A stretch of DNA of 64,000 bases from an uncultured Verrucomicrobiae bacterium (lineage in GTDB: Bacteria > Verrucomicrobiota > Verrucomicrobiia > Chthoniobacterales > UBA10450), in contig CAWDEC010000006.1 of NCBI GenBank assembly GCA_963801255.1, positions 650,898 to 714,897 on the forward strand. Reading direction: 5' to 3'. The position numbers and the translations under genes were made by a program. This document shows, in pieces, positions 44,342-53,974 of this stretch. The notes beneath the pieces were generated by a model. It saw only the letters and a program-made list of their open reading frames with translations. It had not been told where the DNA came from and searched no databases. Position 1 is the stretch's first letter, and every line of letters starts with the position of its first letter.

Positions 44342-45031
44342 TCAGAGAAGCCGCACTTCGGTGACGGCAATGTTTCCGGCAAAGCAAACGTCCACGTCCG
44401 CGCCTGGCGTACGTCCACGCAGGTTATAGTCGCCGGCGTAATAGAGCCCACTCTCCTCTTCGTGACGGTAGTTGAGCGGCAGCGGTTTCGGATCGAGTGG
44501 ACACCAAAGGACCTCCGGATCAGCTGCGTCGGGAGCGAGCAGCGGAAGGTTCACGTTATAAAAAACCCCACGATCGATTCGCTTTTCCAGCAGCTCACGC
44601 AGAATCGGAGCGATCCATCGTTGCGCGCGTGCCCAATCAAACTCAACGCCGCTCTTTCGATAATGCGAGAAGGCGATGCCGGGCCAACCATGCAAAAGCG
44701 CTTCGCGAACGGCTGCCACTGTGCCCGAATACCAGACGTCGGCGCCAAGATTGGCACCGTGATTGATTCCACTCAGAACCCATTTCGCCTCTGGCACGAG
44801 ATGAAGAAGGCCGAGCCGCGTGCAATCGGCCGGCGTGCCATGGATGGCGAAACACTCTTCACCCCGCGGCTCGATCCGCACGCCTTCATGCCATGTGACG
44901 GAATGACTTACACCCGACTGCGGGGCGGCCGGTGCGACCACGATCGGGTCGCCTAACAAACGGGCTGCGGCGAGGAGCGCTTGCAACCCGGCAGCTTCGA
45001 TCCCGTCGTCATTCGTCACGAGAAATTTCAC
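44342..45031 (-). CDS. surE: 5'/3'-nucleotidase SurE
   Basis: 229-aa ORF with N-terminal MKFLVTNDDGIEA and the GINHGANLG motif. Confidence 0.9.
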   Translation of the reverse strand: MKFLVTNDDGIEAAGLQALLAAARLLGDPIVVAPAAPQSGVSHSVTWHEGVRIEPRGEECFAIHGTPADCTRLGLLHLVPEAKWVLSGINHGANLGADVWYSGTVAAVREALLHGWPGIAFSHYRKSGVEFDWARAQRWIAPILRELLEKRIDRGVFYNVNLPLLAPDAADPEVLWCPLDPKPLPLNYRHEEESGLYYAGDYNLRGRTPGADVDVCFAGNIAVTEVRLL

Positions 45032-45263
45032 CAGGGGCGAAAAGGTAGCCCGTCGAACGGCAAAGGCCAGCGGAGCGAAGGCGACTCCATTCGTTAGGCG
45101 TCGTTTTCAACGAACTTGTTCGAACGCGCGAGCGCGCCGGATGTGCAACCTATTTGTTGAATATAGAATGTTCTTGATTCCGACGGGGCAGGTCTGGCCA
45201 GAATCAGCTTGTTGCGCGAGGCACAGAGAGCTAAGACGGGCAACAGAGAGAAGGGAAAGACCG

Positions 45264-48083
45264 ATGAGCGATGACCGCGAGACGGCAGGACAGGCAAAGT
45301 CACTGGCGGATATTCTGGCGGAAGAACTCGACGGCGAAGTAAGCGAGAGCCGGACGCAGGAATTATCCGTGGAAGAGAAGCAGAAGCTTCTGCGCGCGGT
45401 CTACGATCGGATTCATGCCGAACAACCAGAGCGCTCGGCGATCTGTCTTTCCGGTGGAGGCATCCGGAGCGCGATTTTCGGTCTCGGGATTCTGCAGGGT
45501 TTGGCGCACACGTCTTTGCTGCGCGAATTCGATTATCTCTCGACCGTCTCGGGCGGCGGCTACGTCGGCGGATGGTTCAGCGCCTGGATCAAAAATCATT
45601 CACGCGGCGCGGAAGGCGTGGCGGAGGAGCTGGGGCAACGGTCCGACCTGACGCTCAACCCTGAGCCGGTCCCGATCCGGCATCTGCGCAAGTACAGCAA
45701 TTATCTCACTCCGAAGACCGGCTTCACTTCGGTCGACTCCTGGACGCTGATCGCGATCTATCTGCGCAACGTTTTCCTAAACTGGCTCGTCCTCTTCTCA
45801 TGGATGGCTGCGGTGCTGACACTTCCACGCCTCTACCTCGCGGCTATCCTATTGCCACCTGAAGGTTGGATATGGGCGCCTGATTACACGACGATCGTTC
45901 ATCGCTATGACATCGTCCTCAGTCTCCTTCTGACAGGCAGCTTTCTTCTCGTTGCTCTGGCGATGGCCTACGCGATTGTCGATGTGCCGGCGACCGGCAA
46001 CGCCCGCTGGCCGCAAGGAAAATTCCTTCTCTTTCGCCAACTTCCGCTCGCCGTTGCCGCGCTTGCCCTTACGGAATGGTGGGCGCTCAATGCGAATATT
46101 CATGGGAGCGCGCAATTTCGCTCCGCGAGCGGCGCCTTCGAGTTTCTCGCTTTCGCGATCGGGAGTTACCTCGCAGGCGGATTTCTCGGGAGCGGTTTCC
46201 TATGGTTGCGCCGGCAAAAATGGTTTCGTTGGCAGGATAAGTCGGCAACAGGCAAACCGCGGGAGTCACATCTGCGCGCATCGCTTCTCCGTCTTCTTGC
46301 CATCCTTGTCACAACGGCCCTTGGCGGCCTTTGTCTTTGGCAGATAGCCACAGGTTGGTTTTTTAACCCCGCGGCCATGGCGATCAATTACGTCTGCTTT
46401 GGCCCGCCCGCTATCATGGCTGTGCTCCTCCTGGTCAATTTCCTTTTCACCGGATTGGCCAGTTGGCTCTCGGAAGATCCCGATCGAGAATGGTGGGCAC
46501 GCTCGGCTGCTTGGATTCTTATCACGATCTGCGCCTGGGTCGCACTCAACGTTATTGTGCTTTGGGGTGCGCAGATGATTTCGGGGAGACCTTCCAACCG
46601 CATCGACGTCCTCTACGGCGCCAACGGCCGGGATATCCTTGATTTCACCAGTCGCAGTGCCCGCGCCATCTATGCCAGCTTTGGAACAATCGCGGGTATC
46701 TTCGGCGCCCTCTTCGGGCTGGCTTCCAAGTTATCGAAGACGCAAACGAAAGCAGAACGCCCGCTCCGCGGGCCACTCATAATCGCGGCCGCGGTTTTCC
46801 TCGTCCTGCTGGCGATCCTTCTTTCCTGGGCCCTGCTTGTTGTGACGGCGTGGCTTTCGGAAAAGAGGACCGCACTGCATGTTCATTCCTACCAGGAGCA
46901 GCTCATCGCGCTTTGTTTGGTCATCGGCGTCAATCTCATCTTTGGCATCGTGATGGGCTTCTTTATCAACGTGAACAAGTTTTCCCTCCACGCGCTCTAT
47001 CGTATCCGGCTCATTCGCGCTTTCCTCGCCGCTTCGCGCCCCGAAGAGCCGCCTGATGATGAGCCGGCCGATCCGCCTAACGAGGCCTTGAAATTTCGGC
47101 GCCCGCATCGCTTCACCGGCTTCGATGATGGTGACAACATCGACCTGCATTGCCTGCCGCCCGGCAAGCCTTTTCACATCATCAACACCGCTCTCAATCT
47201 GGTGAAAGGCGAAGAGCTCGCCTGGCAAGAGCGCAAGGCCGAGTCCTTCACCATGAGTCGTCTCCATTGCGGCGGCTGGCACGTTGGCTATCGACCTTCG
47301 GAAAAATATGGCGCGACCATCAGCCTAGGCACGGCTCTGACTATCTCGGGGGCCGCGGCCAATCCCAATATGGGATATCACTCCTCGGCGCTGGTTGGTT
47401 TTCTCATGACGCTCTTCAACGTCCGCCTCGGCTGGTGGCTGGGGAATCCCGGCAAGCACGGCGCGACTACCTGGGAGCGAAATGGCCCGCGCTACGCAGT
47501 CGGGCCGCTCTTCTCCGAAGCGCTCGGCAACACGACCGATAGCTACAAATACGTCAATCTTTCTGATGGCGGCCACTTCGAGAACCTTGGCCTTTACGAG
47601 ATGGTGTTGCGCCGTTGCCGCTACATCGTCGTGATCGATGCCGGGCAGGATTCGAACTACGTCTTCGAAGATCTCGGCAATGCCATTCGCAAAATCCGCA
47701 TCGACTTCGGCATCCCGATCGATCTCAAGGTGGTCTCGCCGAAAAAGGAGACTCAAGGCACAGTTCAACGCTGCGCCTACGGCAAAGTCCAATATTCCGT
47801 GGTCGACACGTCGAAGCCGGACGGCGAACTCATTTACATCAAACCGGTCATTTCAGGAGACGAACCGCCCGACGTCTACAACTACCATGCAGCGCATCCT
47901 GAATTTCCCCACGAACCAACGAGCGACCAATGGTTCAGCGAATCGCAGCTCGAGAGTTATCGTTTGCTCGGAGTGCACACGATCGACGCCATCTGTGGCG
48001 AGAAATGGACGCCGAAAAGTCTCCCGCAATTTTTCCAGCAGGTGAAAGAGAACCTGGCCCGCGCAACACCCGAGCCCGGTTAA
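45264..48083 (+). CDS. patatin-like phospholipase with a large polytopic membrane insertion
   Basis: ORF 45141..48083 with the start placed at MSDDRETAG (ATG 45264). It has oxyanion GGGIRS and serine motif TVSGGG near the N-terminus. About 10 hydrophobic helices follow. The catalytic Asp motif LSDGGHFENLG lies about 670 aa later. Confidence 0.75.
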   Translation: MSDDRETAGQAKSLADILAEELDGEVSESRTQELSVEEKQKLLRAVYDRIHAEQPERSAICLSGGGIRSAIFGLGILQGLAHTSLLREFDYLSTVSGGGYVGGWFSAWIKNHSRGAEGVAEELGQRSDLTLNPEPVPIRHLRKYSNYLTPKTGFTSVDSWTLIAIYLRNVFLNWLVLFSWMAAVLTLPRLYLAAILLPPEGWIWAPDYTTIVHRYDIVLSLLLTGSFLLVALAMAYAIVDVPATGNARWPQGKFLLFRQLPLAVAALALTEWWALNANIHGSAQFRSASGAFEFLAFAIGSYLAGGFLGSGFLWLRRQKWFRWQDKSATGKPRESHLRASLLRLLAILVTTALGGLCLWQIATGWFFNPAAMAINYVCFGPPAIMAVLLLVNFLFTGLASWLSEDPDREWWARSAAWILITICAWVALNVIVLWGAQMISGRPSNRIDVLYGANGRDILDFTSRSARAIYASFGTIAGIFGALFGLASKLSKTQTKAERPLRGPLIIAAAVFLVLLAILLSWALLVVTAWLSEKRTALHVHSYQEQLIALCLVIGVNLIFGIVMGFFINVNKFSLHALYRIRLIRAFLAASRPEEPPDDEPADPPNEALKFRRPHRFTGFDDGDNIDLHCLPPGKPFHIINTALNLVKGEELAWQERKAESFTMSRLHCGGWHVGYRPSEKYGATISLGTALTISGAAANPNMGYHSSALVGFLMTLFNVRLGWWLGNPGKHGATTWERNGPRYAVGPLFSEALGNTTDSYKYVNLSDGGHFENLGLYEMVLRRCRYIVVIDAGQDSNYVFEDLGNAIRKIRIDFGIPIDLKVVSPKKETQGTVQRCAYGKVQYSVVDTSKPDGELIYIKPVISGDEPPDVYNYHAAHPEFPHEPTSDQWFSESQLESYRLLGVHTIDAICGEKWTPKSLPQFFQQVKENLARATPEPG

Positions 48084-48153
48084 TCTTGCGCGGTTCGGCG
48101 AGAAAAAATTTATTCTTGCTGCGCCTTCCGGAACGGGACTAGAAATTCCTCTT

Positions 48154-50328
48154 ATGAAACCGCGACCGTTCGAAAGCGGTTTGGCGGCGTGCAGGCGAGG
48201 CGCGTCGATCGGGGGATGCACGCTCGCGTTTTTCTCTCTCCTCGTCGCGGGCTGCAAACCCAAGCCTGCACCCGAGGACGAAGCCAAACTCGCCGGTCTC
48301 ACGCCTAACGACTTTCCGCAGACCACGGCTGACATTTTCAAGCCGCTCGACGGTGGGATCGCGCTCGAGCCTAACGAAATTATGGGCCGCAACACCTGGA
48401 ACCTCTGGAGTGGCGGCAACCAGCATTTCTGGAATCACGTCGCCCAGGACAGCTTTGGCCTCATGGACCTGCTCAAGATGCTGGACAACCGCAAATACCC
48501 GCGTGGCGACCGCTTCAAGACTCTCGGTCTGGTGAACGAGCCCGGTTTCCGCGCCGCGACCAAGCCGGACGAATACGGTCTCTGGCTCGATGAGCAGGTT
48601 GAACCGGAGCCAGCCGGGATTGACGACAAAATCTATGGGAAACCTTCCGGCATTCTCGGGTTCCGTCTCTTCCCCAATCCGGAGTTCGACGATGCAGCGC
48701 GCCAAAAGTGGGATGGCGCGCGCTTCATGAACGACCCGCATTATTACAGCAACAATAAACTCGTTAGGCCATATCGCGTCGGGGTTGCCTGCGGGGCCTG
48801 TCACATCTCGCCCAATCCTTCCAAGCCCCCGGACGACCCGGAAAATCCGCGCTGGGAAAATCTTGCCTCCGCCATCGGCAACCAATACATCCGGGAAGGA
48901 AAAGTCTTCGCGGCGAACGTGGAAAAAGGCGGCTTCTTCTACGAAGAACTGGCCGCGCAACCGCCCGGCACGTCGGACACCTCACGCATCGCGACCGATC
49001 ACATCAACAACCCCAATGCGATCAACGCCATCTTCCTCCTGGCCGAACGCGAAAAGATGGCCCGGAACGAAAAGATGGCCGGCGGCACCCTCGCTTTGCC
49101 GGGCGAGAAAGAGGAAATGGCGGTGCCACATATTTTGAAAGATGGCGCCGACTCGATCGGCGTCGCGGGCGCGACCATCCGCGTTTACGTCAACATCGGG
49201 ATGTTCTCCGAGTATTGGCTCACGCGCCACAACCGTCTCATCGGCCTTACCGCGCAGGAACCGTTCGAGATTCCTTTTGCACAAGAGCATTCTGTCTTCT
49301 GGCGGGCGACGGAACAGCGAGTCGCCAATATCGCGGCTTTCTTCCGGCGACTCCAACCCTATCATCTCGCCGACGCACCGGGCGGCGCGGCCTATCTTTC
49401 GACCGACGAATCGCTCATGAATCACGGCAAGCTCATCTTTGCCAACAGTTGCGCCCATTGCCACTCGAGCAAACAACCTCCCCCCGGGATCGATCCCGAG
49501 TCTGGTGACGGGAAAGCCTGGTTTCGCGCCGCCGTCATGAAGCCGGATTTCCTTGAGAACAATTTTCTCTCCAGCGACCAGCGTTATCCGCTTTCGAGAA
49601 TCCGGACTAACTCCGCCCGCGCCTTGGGAACGAACGCCATGTCCGGTCACGTCTGGGATAACTTTTCCTCGACTAACTATAAGGAACTGCCGCTCCCCGA
49701 AGACCTCGAGTTTTACAATCCGTGGGACGAGACACAGCCGATCAAGTTCCAGCCGAAAGCGAAAAAGACCGGGCCCGGCTGGTATCGCGTGCCTTCACTC
49801 GTTAGTCTTTGGAGCTCGGCACCCTTCCTGCATAACAACGCGCTCGGTAAGTTTACCGGCGATCCTTCGGTCGCAGGCCGCTTGGAAGCATTTAACGACG
49901 CCGTCGAAAAACTCCTCTGGCCGGAAAAGCGTCTCGGCAAAGCGTCGATCTGGCGGACCCAGAATGAATGTTACCTCCACCTGAGAAAGGAATTCGTCCC
50001 CGAAGTGCTGCAGTCCTTTGCCGACACGGACGGCTATGTAAAACTCGGGCCGATTCCAAAAGGCACGCCCATTAACCTGCTCGCCAACACCGAGCCCGAT
50101 TTCGATCAATTGGCCGCGCTCAACATCAGTTTGGGCAAAGCTCTGCTCGCCATTCATGCCCGTAACCTTTCGCCGGAGGAAGCGCGCAAGGAACTGATCA
50201 AGTCCGTCCCCGAGTTACTGGCGGCGAACAAGTGTCCCGATTTCATCGAAGACGAAGGCCATTACTTCGGGACCGATCTGCCCGACGAAGACAAGCGCGC
50301 CTTGATCGAATACCTGAAGACTTTTTAA
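48154..50328 (+). CDS. di-haem c-type cytochrome, CCP/MauG-like (paralog 1), lipoprotein-type signal
   Basis: 724-aa ORF with the LLVAGC lipobox and two CxxCH motifs (CGACH, CAHCH). The C-terminal ...DKRALIEYLKTF tail is shared with the two downstream paralogs. Confidence 0.7.
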   Translation: MKPRPFESGLAACRRGASIGGCTLAFFSLLVAGCKPKPAPEDEAKLAGLTPNDFPQTTADIFKPLDGGIALEPNEIMGRNTWNLWSGGNQHFWNHVAQDSFGLMDLLKMLDNRKYPRGDRFKTLGLVNEPGFRAATKPDEYGLWLDEQVEPEPAGIDDKIYGKPSGILGFRLFPNPEFDDAARQKWDGARFMNDPHYYSNNKLVRPYRVGVACGACHISPNPSKPPDDPENPRWENLASAIGNQYIREGKVFAANVEKGGFFYEELAAQPPGTSDTSRIATDHINNPNAINAIFLLAEREKMARNEKMAGGTLALPGEKEEMAVPHILKDGADSIGVAGATIRVYVNIGMFSEYWLTRHNRLIGLTAQEPFEIPFAQEHSVFWRATEQRVANIAAFFRRLQPYHLADAPGGAAYLSTDESLMNHGKLIFANSCAHCHSSKQPPPGIDPESGDGKAWFRAAVMKPDFLENNFLSSDQRYPLSRIRTNSARALGTNAMSGHVWDNFSSTNYKELPLPEDLEFYNPWDETQPIKFQPKAKKTGPGWYRVPSLVSLWSSAPFLHNNALGKFTGDPSVAGRLEAFNDAVEKLLWPEKRLGKASIWRTQNECYLHLRKEFVPEVLQSFADTDGYVKLGPIPKGTPINLLANTEPDFDQLAALNISLGKALLAIHARNLSPEEARKELIKSVPELLAANKCPDFIEDEGHYFGTDLPDEDKRALIEYLKTF

Positions 50329-50357
50329 CCCGTTGCGCCCTAACGAAAGGAAAGAAG

Positions 50358-50795
50358 ATGACCGCTGCTGAAATGTTAAAGATGTCGCAGGCTGATCTGG
50401 ACACACTGTTTACCGAAAGTCCCGCGGGAGAAATTCCCAAAGGCGAAGGTAAAGGCACGGCGATCGTCGCTCCGGGCACGACCTACACGCAGAACATTGC
50501 GAGTTTTGTCAATCACTTCGCCTGGCAGGGGAAAGTCTTCGATCCGGAGAAAGGAGTCTTGCGCAACAAGATCACGACTTTTGGCCTGAATGCCATCATC
50601 GCCAAAGTCTACAAAGGCGAAAGCTGGCTCGACGGCAAGGAGTGCATCGTCCTCGATTACTCGGACACCTCACTCCTCGCCCATTGGGTCCGTGACGAAA
50701 TCCGTGAGGTCGCGCCGCACACTTATCTCGGCAAAGTTTACTGGAGCAAAAAGCGCCTGATCGATTTCGCACTCGAGTTTCCTGCTTCTGCCTAA
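50358..50795 (+). CDS. hypothetical protein (145 aa)
   Basis: ATG preceded by AAGGAAAG. Sequence MTAAEMLKMSQADLDTLFTESPAGEIPKGEGKGTAIVAPG... It is tightly spaced between paralogs 1 and 2. Confidence 0.6.
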   Translation: MTAAEMLKMSQADLDTLFTESPAGEIPKGEGKGTAIVAPGTTYTQNIASFVNHFAWQGKVFDPEKGVLRNKITTFGLNAIIAKVYKGESWLDGKECIVLDYSDTSLLAHWVRDEIREVAPHTYLGKVYWSKKRLIDFALEFPASA

Positions 50796-50810
50796 CGAAT
50801 TGTTGCGGCC

Positions 50811-52223
50811 ATGGCCGATCCCATCCCAACGCCGCCGCCCAAACCGATTGTTTGGTGGTGGCGGATCCTCGTTCTGGTGGTCGTCGGCCTGGTTATTATC
50901 GCCGCCTATAGCCTGCTGGGCCGACTTACCCTGGATAAGCCGGTCGCCTACGCCGATGCGGAAGAGTTTTTCAAATACGGCTCGCTGGGCGGCGAGCGCG
51001 AATCCGGCATCCCCTATTGGATCTGGAAAGTTCTCCCGAAACTATTTCCAGAATATCTGCCGGGAAAACAATACGTCCCGGGCCGCGAATACGCCTCGTT
51101 AGGCTTTATCTACGAACCGGGCAAAGACCTACCCGTGGGCGTTTCGCAACGCAACACCCAAGGGATCAATCGGGTCTTTCTCAACTGCGCCATCTGCCAC
51201 GCCGGCACCGTGCGCGGGAGCGCGCAAAGCCCGCACACAATCTACACCGGGATGCCCTCGAACACGGTCGATCTCGAAGGCTTTCAGCGTTTCATCTTCT
51301 CCTGTGCTTCCGATCCGCGCTTCAACGCCGATCGCATGATGTGCGAAATGCAGGCGCTCGGCGCCCACTACGATCTGCTCAACCGCACCATTATTCGTTA
51401 CTACGCCATTCCGTTCATGCGCGAGCGGCTCCTCATGTTGAAGGACCGTTTCCGTTTCATCGACTGGGAACCGGAACAGGGGCCAGGGCGGACCGACACC
51501 TTTAATCCCGCCAAGACACTCATCAATTATCCACTCGAAAAGATGGAGACGCGCGAGCTGGTCGGCATTTGCGACCTGCCCTCGATCTGGCTGCAAGGCC
51601 CACGGCGCGATCACGACATGCAGCTGCACTGGGACGGTAACCAGCGCAAAATGGAAGAGCGCAATAAGAACGCAGCCTTTGGGACCGGCGCCTTTCCACC
51701 TACGATCGATCTTCAAGGTTTGGCCCGCATCGAAAAGTGGCTGCTCGACCTTACGCCGCCGAAGTATCCTTTCCCGATCAATCAAGCTCTCGTCGCTCAG
51801 GGCGAGAAAATCTACGGCCAATACTGTGGCGATTGTCACGGGCGAAATGGTCGTGACTTTAGCGGACGCTGGGTCGGAGGCGTGACTCCGGTCGAGCACG
51901 TCGGCACTGATCGGCATCGCCTCGATTCATTCACGCCCGAGCTCGCTTCCACTCTCAGCACCATCTATACCGGTTATCCTTGGCGCTTCACGCATTTCCG
52001 CAAGACTTTCGGTTACGCTAACTCGCCCCTCGACGGCATCTGGTTGCGCGCCCCCTATCTCCACAACGGCTCCGTGCCGACCTTGCGCGATTTGCTGAAG
52101 CCAGGCGCGCAACGGCCGCAGGTTTTCTATCGCGGCTACGACGTTTACGATCAGCAAAATGTCGGTTTCGTCTCGCAGGCCGAACGTTTCAGTCCGGATG
52201 GTCGCAGTCTCGATGACGCCTAA
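50811..52223 (+). CDS. di-haem c-type cytochrome, CCP/MauG-like (paralog 2); C-terminal ~55 aa continue in another frame (to 52392)
   Basis: 470-aa ORF with an N-terminal TM anchor, CAICH and CGDCH motifs and APYLHNGSVPTLRDLL. The expected tail (...YFRFDT...GTSLSPEDKDALLEYLKTF) is encoded in the +1 frame by ORF 52159..52392. This indicates an apparent frameshift or pseudogene. Confidence 0.7.
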   Translation: MADPIPTPPPKPIVWWWRILVLVVVGLVIIAAYSLLGRLTLDKPVAYADAEEFFKYGSLGGERESGIPYWIWKVLPKLFPEYLPGKQYVPGREYASLGFIYEPGKDLPVGVSQRNTQGINRVFLNCAICHAGTVRGSAQSPHTIYTGMPSNTVDLEGFQRFIFSCASDPRFNADRMMCEMQALGAHYDLLNRTIIRYYAIPFMRERLLMLKDRFRFIDWEPEQGPGRTDTFNPAKTLINYPLEKMETRELVGICDLPSIWLQGPRRDHDMQLHWDGNQRKMEERNKNAAFGTGAFPPTIDLQGLARIEKWLLDLTPPKYPFPINQALVAQGEKIYGQYCGDCHGRNGRDFSGRWVGGVTPVEHVGTDRHRLDSFTPELASTLSTIYTGYPWRFTHFRKTFGYANSPLDGIWLRAPYLHNGSVPTLRDLLKPGAQRPQVFYRGYDVYDQQNVGFVSQAERFSPDGRSLDDA

Positions 52224-52461
52224 CGATCAAAGGACTTATTTCCGTTTCGATACACGAGTAAACCAGGCGGGCCGAACGCCGCGGGAACGCAACGAAGGCA
52301 ACTCTAATGCCGGCCACGAAGGCGATGCCTACGGCACTTCGCTGTCACCGGAAGATAAGGACGCGCTTCTCGAATACCTCAAGACTTTCTGATGAAACTC
52401 TCGCCGAAGACAAAGCGTATTCTCTGGGTCGCAGCTGTCCTTTTCGTGCTCCTTCTCATCT

Positions 52462-53922
52462 TTGGCGGCCTTTTCACCTGGGACAAATTCTTTCCGCCAG
52501 GAAAAGCAGGTCTTCGCCAACGAAGCGGAACAATTCAAATACGGTTCGTTAGGCGCGGAAGGCGATCGGGGCGTCCCGTATTATCTTTGGCTGGTTCTTC
52601 CGAGAGTTTTTCCCGATCTCATGCCCGGGCCGGGCGGCTATAAATCGTTCGGCGTCGTCTGGGAAGAAGGCGCTGAGATTCCGGTTGGCTTTTCCAAGAA
52701 AAGGGTTGGCTTCGACCGCATCACGAACAATTGCGCCATCTGTCACACCGCTACCTGGCGGGCGCGCGAAGAGGAAACGCCACATGTCGTGATCGCGGCC
52801 GGGAGCAACGTACGCCTTCAGGAAATGCTGCGCTTCCTTTTCAAGGCAGCGCATGACCCACGCTTCAACGCCGACACCATTATGAGCGAAGTCCGGCTCG
52901 TGAGCGCAAACAACTTCGGCAACGGCGGCCTCTCATTCATCGACCGGCAGATTTATCGCTACCTGCTCATTCCCCTAACGAAAAAAGCACTACTCGAGCA
53001 GGAGAAACAATTTACCTGGATGAATCGGTATGTGAGCGACAACCATCCCAAGCCACCCTGGGGTCCGGGTCGCGACGACGCCATGAACCTGACCAAGTAC
53101 TTCATGACCAGCATGCCGGAGGACAACTCGGTTGGGCCGACGGATTTTCCTTCCATTTGGAATCTCGGTATCCGCAGCGGCAAGGACAAAGCCGGCAAAC
53201 AGATGCTGCTCAACTGGTCGGGCGATACGCCGGCGGTTCGTTCGGTCCTGATTGATTCCGCCCTCGGCCTTGGCGCACCGGCGCGACCATGGTTTCTGCA
53301 AAGGATGGCTGACCTTGATCGCTACCTGAGCAACCTGCCGCCGCCGGCCTGGCCATTCGCCAAAACCAGCCCGATCAATCAGCAACTTGCGGCCGAAGGT
53401 CAGAAAATCTTTGCGCGTGATTGCGCAGCCTGTCACGAGCCGCGCGGCGAATTTACGAACAAGGTGATCCCGATCGGACAGATCGGAACCGATGCCGAAC
53501 GCATGCATACCTGGTCGAAAGCCGCCGCCCAGGAAGCGAATCGCAAAGTGAAAGAGTTAGGCATCGATCGTCCGCCGATGACCGAGCTTGATCCATACGG
53601 CTACATCTCACCTCCGCTCGACGGACTCTGGATGCGCGCGCCTTATCTGCATAACGGTTCCGTCCCCAGTTTGCGCGACCTGCTCAATTTGCCTAACGAA
53701 CGACCACAAACCTTCCATCGCGGCTACGACGTCTACGATCCGGTAAAGGTCGGCTTCCAGGAACCGGCACCGCGTCCTGTAGGCGTGAACGGCGGGATGG
53801 AGCAGCGCTATTTCCTCTACGACACGCAACGCCGCGGCGACGGTAATGGCGGTCATCTCTACGGAACCAGCCTTCAGCCGGAAGAAAAAGATCAACTGCT
53901 GGAGTATCTCAAAACTCTCTAG
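52462..53922 (+). CDS. di-haem c-type cytochrome, CCP/MauG-like (paralog 3); N-terminal TM anchor encoded in another frame from ATG 52392
   Basis: 486-aa ORF with CAICH and CAACH motifs, APYLHNGSVPSLRDLL and the tail EEKDQLLEYLKTL. The membrane anchor MKLSPKTKRILWVAAVLFVLLLIFGGLFTW lies in ORF 52392..52643, one frame off. Confidence 0.7.
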   Translation: MAAFSPGTNSFRQEKQVFANEAEQFKYGSLGAEGDRGVPYYLWLVLPRVFPDLMPGPGGYKSFGVVWEEGAEIPVGFSKKRVGFDRITNNCAICHTATWRAREEETPHVVIAAGSNVRLQEMLRFLFKAAHDPRFNADTIMSEVRLVSANNFGNGGLSFIDRQIYRYLLIPLTKKALLEQEKQFTWMNRYVSDNHPKPPWGPGRDDAMNLTKYFMTSMPEDNSVGPTDFPSIWNLGIRSGKDKAGKQMLLNWSGDTPAVRSVLIDSALGLGAPARPWFLQRMADLDRYLSNLPPPAWPFAKTSPINQQLAAEGQKIFARDCAACHEPRGEFTNKVIPIGQIGTDAERMHTWSKAAAQEANRKVKELGIDRPPMTELDPYGYISPPLDGLWMRAPYLHNGSVPSLRDLLNLPNERPQTFHRGYDVYDPVKVGFQEPAPRPVGVNGGMEQRYFLYDTQRRGDGNGGHLYGTSLQPEEKDQLLEYLKTL

Positions 53923-53974
53923 CGCACCAAGGCCCTTGCCCTCTGGCATGCAGAAAGCTTAAGATAGGTTTCCG

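Noticed and set aside
52215-52226. Programmed +1 ribosomal frameshift (prfB-like) at GAC GCC TAA C in cytochrome paralog 2.
   Set aside because: There is no slippery codon allowing P-site tRNA re-pairing (GCC to CCU). No upstream Shine-Dalgarno-like stimulator was noticed. An indel, real or artefactual, is the simpler explanation.
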